The notes under the pieces were generated by a model, which ran no database searches, was not told the origin of the DNA, and saw only the letters and a list, made by a program, of their open reading frames with translations. Of a DNA stretch of 64,000 bases, positions 40,933 through 48,602 are shown piece by piece. This stretch comes from Candidatus Hermodarchaeota archaeon. Lineage in GTDB: Archaea > Asgardarchaeota > Thorarchaeia > Thorarchaeales > Thorarchaeaceae. The stretch covers positions 67,547 through 131,546 of the forward strand of contig JBHLLF010000005.1 in the NCBI GenBank assembly GCA_048885865.1. The letters run 5' to 3'. Every line of letters begins with the position of its first letter. Within the stretch, counting starts at the first letter, position 1. Both the position numbers and the translations under genes were made by a program.

Positions 40933-41094
40933 GAGAAGATCTAATTTGCTGATGCATTGCCAAAGACCTGTTCCGGCAAGATCATGCGCAGGGTTCTCAA
41001 GAGGATTGTAGCAGGAAAGATTGACGACATCGGTGACACCACTACGCTGGCAGACCCGACAGTCGTTAAAACACTCACCAAAGAGAGGCTTTAG
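40933..41094 (+). pseudogene. acs: Second, diverged copy of the last 54 codons of acs (in-frame TAA at 40942)
   Basis: Ungapped match to 40339..40500; [23 protein letters not shown]...[10 protein letters not shown]; own hairpin at 41106..41125. Confidence 0.93.
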
Positions 41095-41173
41095 ATTAAA
41101 GAAACGGACGGGCAATGACCCGTCCTCTGCCTCTTTGCCATTCCTGATTATGATGCTCAACATCTGGATAGAT

Positions 41174-41479
41174 TCAAATCTCATTAGACTCCTGAAATCG
41201 AGAATACTGCCACATCCAAATTAGAGCAATTACGAATGCAGCAAATAGGGTATATATCAGCATATCCTCTCGTGGAGCCAAGCTAGGTCCATATATGTCA
41301 TAGAAGCCCGATATGAGCCAACCCAGAGTTATTGCCTCATAGATTATCAAACTAATGTAATACGTGCCAAACAGCTGATTGCCAATATTCTGAATCCTTT
41401 GCGAACTGATTCCTCGCCGCCAGACTTCATCTATGGCAAGCAAGAGAAGCTGGACGGCGATTAGTGTCAGGGTTATCAA
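41174..41479 (-). CDS. Small three-TM hypothetical protein immediately downstream of the large exported protein
   Basis: 101-aa hydrophobic ORF starting 9 nt after the upstream stop. Confidence 0.65.
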   Translation of the reverse strand: MITLTLIAVQLLLLAIDEVWRRGISSQRIQNIGNQLFGTYYISLIIYEAITLGWLISGFYDIYGPSLAPREDMLIYTLFAAFVIALIWMWQYSRFQESNEI

Positions 41480-41488
41480 TTTTCACAC

Positions 41489-44400
41489 TCAACTAGATTC
41501 CAACTCAACTCCCAGCCTGTAAAACCTACCGAAGTAATTGAGACAGGCTAATAGTATTATTATCTTGACCACAATACTAACAACTGCGAATGCTGCAGTG
41601 TACCAGTCCTTAGGCCAGAGCCCACTTATCCCCTTGCCGCCGATATTATACCATTTCTTGAAGTGTTGATATATTTTCCAACCCCTTTGGAGTCCAGTCA
41701 GTATTGGACCAGTAAATAGACCAAGCATTAGGAAAAGAGTCGAACCCGCCGCTGACCATGGATGCATATAGCCATTCGATACCATGTAATCTAGCCAAGT
41801 GAAATAGCTTGCAACCAAGACTACCCATGCTGCCAACATGACTAACAGGATTAGCAGGTTTGCAGGGTTAACAACCACTGCAGAAACCATGTCAATAGCC
41901 CTTCCTGCCAAGCCTATCATGAAAGCAAGTGCAGCATGAACTGCAAATCTTGTTATGAATTCAAACATGTAGTCTACAAAACCCCGGGCGTCCTGGTCAA
42001 TCTGCTCGTCAGTCCGGGTGCTTTCTGGTACTGTCATGGCAGACAGAGAATGAACCCTAATCGTTTGTAGAAGGTCGACAGAAACATGTACATCACAACT
42101 CGTCTCCGTGTCTGGAGGTTCATCTGTAGCGATGTGAAGCCAAGGCCAGAAGTTTTCAAGAGTCCAGTATGGAACTATATATGCAAATGCTACATCGAAG
42201 AAATTCTGAACCCTGTTTTCTTCAACGGTTGCATCAGGAATTGAACCTGACCCATCTAGTGGAATGGGCTCTTCGGGATTTGGATCATCTGGGGCATGTT
42301 GCGAGAGGTCTGCTACCACATTGATGTCGTGGATACGCATATCCACCAATGTGTTACTTGCATAACGCTGCCCCTCGATGACAAGGGACTTCACCACCCG
42401 AGCGGCGTTATCTACCTCATTCAGCACGGGACTATAGGGACTGCCACTGCGACTAATGTGGATGCTCCCCTGACCAGTGGATTCCTCCCACCACATCTTA
42501 ATGGTCCCCAAATACGAACTTTCACCATACCATAGGTTTCTTGCATAATGTCCACCATTCTGAGGGTAGAAGTCGATATACACCCAACCATCCGTCCAAC
42601 TACTCCCCGAGTCGCCCCACCTGATAGTCATGATCTTACTACCGTAGTCATCAAGCATTGTGACTCTAGTGATTCCCATCTCAGATGGAGCACCATTAAT
42701 CAGCTCAGCAAGGACCGAGAACTCGCTCAACTGATAGAGTCTGAAAGGCCTGTCAAAATGTTGCACATATTGGGGTCCATGCCATCCTGAGCCCGAGTCG
42801 ATAGAGGTCCAGGTCATGTAGCTCTGGTCGGTAGGCACGTCCAGGACGCCGGATGGGGTTGAAATGTCACGACTAAATTCGTCCATGTCATTACAATTGT
42901 CATGGAACACGGTGAACTCAGAACCTGCATAGTTCAGCCTCACGTTATAGACTCGTTCATCATGCTCAGCCCAGTAGCCATATCGATAGCTCTGTACAGC
43001 GATATATTTGATGAGTCTAGTGGGGTTCATGATATGATGTGGAACAAGGGTGCTTTCTGAGTCCTCAGGGAAATTCGCAAGCAAACCGATTACTGGATTG
43101 TATCTCAATGTGACAATCCCATCAGTGTCACCATAGAAGTATGGTGAAGCATCAGACCGGTAACTCCCATCCTCAAAGAAGTAGTACGCATAGAATCTCA
43201 CTTTCTCCTCAGATCCCCACATATCGCGAATCTGTATACTTGCTACAATCTTCTTGTTCTCATCAAACAGACTCACAGCAAGTGTACCAAGACGGTTGGC
43301 ATAGCCTGAGTGAACCAATGACAGATTCGCAGAGAATGACCCGAAGTCATTCATCATGAAGTAAGAGGGGAGTGTACGTACAAAGGAGGGGCCATGCCAG
43401 CTATTGCCTGAGGGGATAGATTGTACCGTGATAAACTCCCCATTGGAGTGAATCTCTCCATATGACTCATACTCGGTGTTTAGGAGTATGATGTTGTCGA
43501 CACGACCGCTGCCTCTGAAGAGGATTGCATTGACGTCAATGATGTTGACGTTTGGTTCTCCATCGTGAAGGTCATCCTGCAAGTTTCTGGTGAACGTATG
43601 CCATCTTCCATCAGTTGTCCAGGTCCCCAGTCCATGGTGGACGTATCCAGTAGAAGTTTTGAGAAGATTATAGTTCAGATTTGTGTAGTAAATGTACCTA
43701 TGTCCAGCAGTCGTATCACAGGAAACATAGACAACGTATGATTCCGAGTACTTCATGCTCCATTGAATGGATTTGTGTTCAGCATCGTTCCAGTAGTTTG
43801 CACTAGAATAGGGGTACCTGTATCCAGTTCCAGTCCCTCCACCTACTAATCTGATTGCTCTTCCATCATTATCATATACGTTGTAAATGTATCCTGCAGG
43901 GCTATTGTCATAGACTCCCCAGAGTGCTGTATCGCCATCCTCAGCATTCTCCTTCATCGTTGACTGCATAGATGGCAGCTCAGCCCAGCTCGAGTCATAC
44001 TCGTAATCTGCCTTATTGGCTGGATCCGACCAGAGACCGCCAGTTCTGTATGGATTTCGTCCTACGACTGGCTCCTGCCAGACTCCGTCTACCTTCTCTT
44101 GTTGGACATACTGTCCTCCCGCGCTCATTTGATTCATAGAGATGGAATCAACCTCAGTCTTTCCATCAGCATCAAGTGTGGGTCCACTAGCTGTGACATT
44201 CACCACAATTCGCGTCCATACGCCTGGCACACCCTGATAGATGACCCAACCTGAGTAGGCGCCTCCTGTGAAGATATGCGACCCATATTCCCAATGGCCA
44301 CTAGTTGCCGCGGCTGCTTTGTAATAGAATGATGAGAAATCGATACCAACAGCATCAATATCTATTGGTGGCGGTTTTGGTGGTGGTCTCGGCGGCGGTT

Positions 44401-45358
44401 CCGGTGGAGGAGGTTCAGGATCTTCCACCCACCATGCCTCATAGTAGTAGTTCTTGGTGTAATCAATCAGACAGTTATCTAGCTGAATCACGTAAGGCAC
44501 GCCAGAATTATCAGTGTAATATGAGTAGTAGATGCTAAGCAAATGCCTCACATCATACGGGAGTTCACTGAAGCCCAAGATGCCACTCAGCTCTTCGGTT
44601 ACAGAATCCCTGTATACCCGGTAGGAGCTAGTGTACGTATCAGAGTAGCTCTCGTCAATGTTGTCAATCTCACTGAGAATGATTTGCTCGAAGTCCATGA
44701 TATGGGCTTTCATTCCCGCCTCAATTCGCTTCTTTGCATCCGTCAATTCAGATGTACGATAGGCTTCCACATACTCCGCATCAAGGCCAAATGCCAGCAT
44801 GACGGTTGATGCAATCTCAATGTTTGTCACTTCTGCAGGACGCGCACCAGGCACTGTATACAGTTTCTTCTCCGCGTCTTCATGTCCGTATCTGATTATG
44901 TTGCGGCTATCACACGCCGCAAACAGGTGCATAGAAGCCGCTGACTCTGTGACTATGTCAGCCATGCTCTTCCATGATGTGACTCGTTTTCCTGTCACAA
45001 TACCAAACGGTCCACCATGAGACACATAGATTACAATGCTTTGAGTCAAATCCCTAGCAATATGCGGATTGTCTGTCCGTCTTACCACAATTCTGTTGAC
45101 AAGATACGGATCATCGACAATGAACCGTGACAGTTTCTCCTGCAGGTCTGCGACAGCCCAGTTGGTATCTGGATCATCCGCGAGCTGGAGAATCACAACT
45201 GGCGGACCCATGTTTGCAGAGTCTGCAGTCCACGCCGCAGCAGCAACTAGCTGCAAAAGAAGCAATGTTGAAACGACACATGTAGCAAACACTACGATTG
45301 ACCTAGGACTCCTATGTCCTCTACTCACTCTGAAACTCCCACCTCTGCAGCAAGGCAT
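41489..45358 (-). CDS. Large exported multidomain protein: signal/TM, caspase/CHAT-like His-Cys domain, Pro-rich linker, beta-sandwich domains, hydrophobic C-terminus
   Basis: VIYVSHGG...LFAACDS; PEPPPPEPPPRPPPKPPP; two WHGP repeats; about four C-terminal TM segments. Confidence 0.8.
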   Translation of the reverse strand: MPCCRGGSFRVSRGHRSPRSIVVFATCVVSTLLLLQLVAAAAWTADSANMGPPVVILQLADDPDTNWAVADLQEKLSRFIVDDPYLVNRIVVRRTDNPHIARDLTQSIVIYVSHGGPFGIVTGKRVTSWKSMADIVTESAASMHLFAACDSRNIIRYGHEDAEKKLYTVPGARPAEVTNIEIASTVMLAFGLDAEYVEAYRTSELTDAKKRIEAGMKAHIMDFEQIILSEIDNIDESYSDTYTSSYRVYRDSVTEELSGILGFSELPYDVRHLLSIYYSYYTDNSGVPYVIQLDNCLIDYTKNYYYEAWWVEDPEPPPPEPPPRPPPKPPPIDIDAVGIDFSSFYYKAAAATSGHWEYGSHIFTGGAYSGWVIYQGVPGVWTRIVVNVTASGPTLDADGKTEVDSISMNQMSAGGQYVQQEKVDGVWQEPVVGRNPYRTGGLWSDPANKADYEYDSSWAELPSMQSTMKENAEDGDTALWGVYDNSPAGYIYNVYDNDGRAIRLVGGGTGTGYRYPYSSANYWNDAEHKSIQWSMKYSESYVVYVSCDTTAGHRYIYYTNLNYNLLKTSTGYVHHGLGTWTTDGRWHTFTRNLQDDLHDGEPNVNIIDVNAILFRGSGRVDNIILLNTEYESYGEIHSNGEFITVQSIPSGNSWHGPSFVRTLPSYFMMNDFGSFSANLSLVHSGYANRLGTLAVSLFDENKKIVASIQIRDMWGSEEKVRFYAYYFFEDGSYRSDASPYFYGDTDGIVTLRYNPVIGLLANFPEDSESTLVPHHIMNPTRLIKYIAVQSYRYGYWAEHDERVYNVRLNYAGSEFTVFHDNCNDMDEFSRDISTPSGVLDVPTDQSYMTWTSIDSGSGWHGPQYVQHFDRPFRLYQLSEFSVLAELINGAPSEMGITRVTMLDDYGSKIMTIRWGDSGSSWTDGWVYIDFYPQNGGHYARNLWYGESSYLGTIKMWWEESTGQGSIHISRSGSPYSPVLNEVDNAARVVKSLVIEGQRYASNTLVDMRIHDINVVADLSQHAPDDPNPEEPIPLDGSGSIPDATVEENRVQNFFDVAFAYIVPYWTLENFWPWLHIATDEPPDTETSCDVHVSVDLLQTIRVHSLSAMTVPESTRTDEQIDQDARGFVDYMFEFITRFAVHAALAFMIGLAGRAIDMVSAVVVNPANLLILLVMLAAWVVLVASYFTWLDYMVSNGYMHPWSAAGSTLFLMLGLFTGPILTGLQRGWKIYQHFKKWYNIGGKGISGLWPKDWYTAAFAVVSIVVKIIILLACLNYFGRFYRLGVELESS

Positions 45359-45498
45359 GCATCCTATCGAGGATGGTAATATTTGGATATGTATGCATAA
45401 AAACTCAACGACTTCTTGGCTCGGTCCTTTGCTGTGATTTGCTTGGGCACATCTTCGAAGTTATATAGTCAAAATGTTATAGAGAATAATGATAACTA

Positions 45499-46155
45499 TT
45501 GTTAATAAAAGAAGAAGAATGTGGCCCAATGGGCCTTAACGAAGAGTGTAGCTTTTTTGATAGAATTCGAATCCAGTTGGATGTCGCACATGGGACTCAG
45601 ATTGCCCGTCGGTATCTTGCTATGAATGCGTTCGATGGAGTACTTCCAGTCATAGGCATTCTCATGGGTGGTTTGATATCTCTTGCCTATCAGAACTCAA
45701 TATTCGTCTACCAGACAACTCTGCTGGCAATACTTGGGACTAGCTTTGCAATGTTTGTATCAGGCATTACATCTTCGTATCTCACTGAAACCGCGGAGCG
45801 AGAGCGTGAGATCAAGGAGCTCGAGCTTTCAATGCTAACTACTCTTCGAGGTAGCGGTCTCTCCAGAGCCGCAAGAACGACTACGATTGTAGTTTCATTG
45901 ATTAACGGACTGTCCCCATCAATGGCTGCTCTTGTCACAGCTTTTCCCCTATTCTTCCCCTTCTTCACTGTCATTCCGGTTGAGGTTTCTTTCTATCTCT
46001 CAATCTCAGTCGGATTAATTGTACTGTTCTCTCTAGGAGTATTTCTCGGGAGAGTATCAAAGACAAATGTTGTCATTTATGGGATCAAGACACTTGCGGC
46101 CGGAGCACTTGTCATCTTCATGATGTGGATTGTATCCAGTATTCAGATATTCTAG
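45499..46155 (+). CDS. VIT1/CCC1-family transporter-like protein
   Basis: ARRYLAMNAFDG, SYLTETAER; multiple TMs. Confidence 0.8.
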   Translation: MLIKEEECGPMGLNEECSFFDRIRIQLDVAHGTQIARRYLAMNAFDGVLPVIGILMGGLISLAYQNSIFVYQTTLLAILGTSFAMFVSGITSSYLTETAEREREIKELELSMLTTLRGSGLSRAARTTTIVVSLINGLSPSMAALVTAFPLFFPFFTVIPVEVSFYLSISVGLIVLFSLGVFLGRVSKTNVVIYGIKTLAAGALVIFMMWIVSSIQIF

Positions 46156-46161
46156 GGCTCT

Positions 46162-46251
46162 TCAGTCGCGCCCTTTCTTCGGTTTTTTCTCTTTCTTTCC
46201 TGAGCATGTCTTCTTCCTTTTGCCTTCATTATGGCAGCATTCTTCGCACAT
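46162..46251 (-). CDS. Putative 29-aa Cys/Lys-rich peptide MCEECCHNEGKRKKTCSGKKEKKPKKGRD
   Basis: Below ORF-track cutoff; GGAGGTGA RBS 4 nt before the ATG. Confidence 0.5.
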   Translation of the reverse strand: MCEECCHNEGKRKKTCSGKKEKKPKKGRD

Positions 46252-46267
46252 GGAATCACCTCCATGC

Positions 46268-46312
46268 TAAATACTATTAATACCATAGTATTTAAACTAC
46301 GGAGTCCGTAGT
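46268..46312. promoter_or_regulatory. Two adjacent inverted repeats, candidate HxlR-family operators in a divergent promoter
   Basis: TAAATACTAT-N7-ATAGTATTTA (46268..46294) and ACTACGGA-G-TCCGTAGT (46296..46312). Confidence 0.55.
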
Positions 46313-46344
46313 ATCGTAGTGACTATGGAAAGAGGAAGTGAGTC

Positions 46345-46710
46345 ATGTCGTCAGAAGACACCGAATGCAAAAGAAAGTCGATGAATGGGGTATGCCTCTG
46401 TCCCTTGGAGGGAGTTATCCACACAATAAGCAGGAAATGGACACTCCAGATAGTGACACTGATTGGAAATCAAGGAAGCCTAAGATATGGTGAGATCCAA
46501 TCCCTGTGCTCCGGAATCAGTCCCACAGTCTTGGCTGAAAGGCTAAAGGAGCTCGAGGAAGAACGAATCATAAGAAGGGAGGCATTTGCTGAGATTCCAC
46601 CGCGCGTAGAATACTCGTTGACAGACGACGGTAAAGAGCTAAGGTCTCTAATCACCCCTCTAATGACTTGGGCCTCAAATAGAGTGTCACAGAATCATCC
46701 TATGAAATAG
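46345..46710 (+). CDS. HxlR/DUF24-family winged-helix regulator
   Basis: CPLE...ISRKWT, LAERLKELE, EIPPRVEYSLT..G. Confidence 0.92.
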   Translation: MSSEDTECKRKSMNGVCLCPLEGVIHTISRKWTLQIVTLIGNQGSLRYGEIQSLCSGISPTVLAERLKELEEERIIRREAFAEIPPRVEYSLTDDGKELRSLITPLMTWASNRVSQNHPMK

Positions 46711-47558
46711 ACTTGTACAGTAGCGAAGATGGCAGCAGTCAGTATAACTATTCCAATTGTGAAACGCAATTTGCGCTCTGAGATGTTTTGAACCCGTGTG
46801 ACAGCCAGATAGCTACTTATCCCCCCGATTAGGGCGTACAAGACAACAATTGGCAGGGTAGACACACTGAACTGAAGAAGAATGAGGAATGCAATCACAG
46901 TCATGAAGAGCATAACTGTCGTTGCCACCATTGCAGTCCCCACAGCCCTAAGCGTAGGATATCCTAGAATGAACATAAGGACAAGTACAATGTTCATTGC
47001 ACCTCCTATGGCAATCAGACCTGTGAGAAATCCCTGAAAGACACAGAATCCGTATGCGATGATGTCCTTCTGCTTGTCAGAGAGATCTCTTTGGCTTGGT
47101 TTCTCATCTCGTACACCAATAGAATCATCCATTCTAATCGCCTGAATAATGAACAGTCCACCAAAAATCAGAGTGACAATAGATGACCCTCCCTCGAAGA
47201 GGCTTGAATACTGATTCAGGATCTGGAAAACAAGAACTGCTGTGATTACTGCTATGACCCCAGCAACGCCTCCTAACTTCGCACCATACACACTATCTAC
47301 CTCGACCTCTTTGTTGCGGACGTAGAAGATTGAAAGGACAGCTGCTATCATCAAATCAACAAGCAGACTGGAAAGAAGGACTTCGTGAAGAGGGAATCCA
47401 CCGAAAACTAGTAGCAGCGGGACCAATATTGGCCATGCAGTAAGACCGATGACGCCAGCTGCAAGACCCACTAGGAATCCAATAGGAATAGCAAGGAGGG
47501 CTAAAGTGGTCATTAGAATGCTCATGGGCTGAAATGATTGCGTATCTGTTTTATTCAT
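46695..47558 (-). CDS. TSUP/TauE sulfite-exporter family membrane protein
   Basis: Duplicated GxxxG.IG motif; AVGTAM. Confidence 0.78.
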   Translation of the reverse strand: MNKTDTQSFQPMSILMTTLALLAIPIGFLVGLAAGVIGLTAWPILVPLLLVFGGFPLHEVLLSSLLVDLMIAAVLSIFYVRNKEVEVDSVYGAKLGGVAGVIAVITAVLVFQILNQYSSLFEGGSSIVTLIFGGLFIIQAIRMDDSIGVRDEKPSQRDLSDKQKDIIAYGFCVFQGFLTGLIAIGGAMNIVLVLMFILGYPTLRAVGTAMVATTVMLFMTVIAFLILLQFSVSTLPIVVLYALIGGISSYLAVTRVQNISERKLRFTIGIVILTAAIFATVQVYFIG

Positions 47559-47586
47559 TACTCAAATGCTGACGTGATGTGAAATC

Positions 47587-48210
47587 CTAGGCCTTGCCAA
47601 TTCGAGGGAAAAAGCGACCTGTTCTCTTCATGTATTCGATATACTCCTCACCAAACGTTTCAATCATCTTCTCCTCTTCAACTCGTATCCAAAACGGAAA
47701 TGCCAACATGAGAAGTACAGCAAAGACAATGACAATCAGGTTTGCACTAACCAAGGACATCCCAAAGAAGAACAGAATCAATACCGTATACATTGGATGC
47801 CGGACTCTTTCATAGGGTCCTGTTGTGATTAGTCGATGGTCGCTCTTGATCTCCAAAACTGCTGAATATTGTCTATCAAGTTCGCGATGAATCCAGGCAA
47901 GTAGTGGTATCATGATGAGCACTAGGATTGCTCCAGCCACCCGGAGTAAGATAGGATATTGCAGTATCTGAAACCAATCCATCCAAGGCAACCCCAATAT
48001 GTAAAGGATTGATGATATCAGCCCGCCTAGAATGATGAGAGTCAGGACAATTTGGATTCTCCCAACGGACGCACGATCTGTTTCCGCTGGTTCCTCTTTC
48101 TCTTGTCTTGGTTTGACAAACCGATAGTATCCCCTTGGAATGAGAAAGAGACCGTAGAGTACTACGAACAAGACCCTGAAGACTAGCTCATCAGCCATTA
48201 TACTCACCAC
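47587..48210 (-). CDS. Isoprenylcysteine carboxyl methyltransferase (ICMT/PEMT) family
   Basis: HRLITTGPYERVRHPMY, EEEKM...FGEEY..Y..RTGRFFP. Confidence 0.9.
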   Translation of the reverse strand: MVSIMADELVFRVLFVVLYGLFLIPRGYYRFVKPRQEKEEPAETDRASVGRIQIVLTLIILGGLISSILYILGLPWMDWFQILQYPILLRVAGAILVLIMIPLLAWIHRELDRQYSAVLEIKSDHRLITTGPYERVRHPMYTVLILFFFGMSLVSANLIVIVFAVLLMLAFPFWIRVEEEKMIETFGEEYIEYMKRTGRFFPRIGKA

Positions 48211-48279
48211 GAGAACAAGGAAGTTTATTGTGTTGTGACGATATAGTTGTTCATTTCAACGCCATAGCATGTTGGAACA

Positions 48280-48543
48280 ATTGGATTTGGGAGGTTTAAT
48301 GAAGAAGTAGTATCAAGGTGATTTTCATGGCGTCCCTAGGCCTACTTCTTACACAAACAAAAGGCGATGTTCTACCACTGCTTGTCCTATGGACCGTGTA
48401 CAGAAGACTGGGGCCGTTTCCTAGGTTTCATTCTTGGGATTGTATTTACAAAGACAAGAAGCATCTGGCCTGTTATAGCTAGCCATTTTCTTTTCGATTT
48501 CTTCTCTGCAATGCTTCGTTGGTTCTTTCTAGTTATGTTTTAA
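48280..48543 (+). pseudogene. Degraded CPBP (Abi) protease fragment
   Basis: FNEEVVSR followed by a stop, and in another frame LGFILGIVFTKTRSIWPVIASHFLFDFF*; no continuous ORF. Confidence 0.6.
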
Positions 48544-48602
48544 TCAGCTGTTAGGACCCGAGAGAAACTATAAGGCATGAAACAGGCACACTCAACACAA
48601 CT

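Noticed and set aside
41021-41224. ORF-track calls 41021..41224 (+) and 40924..41184 (-)
   Set aside because: Off-frame and antisense readings across the acs pseudogene fragment.
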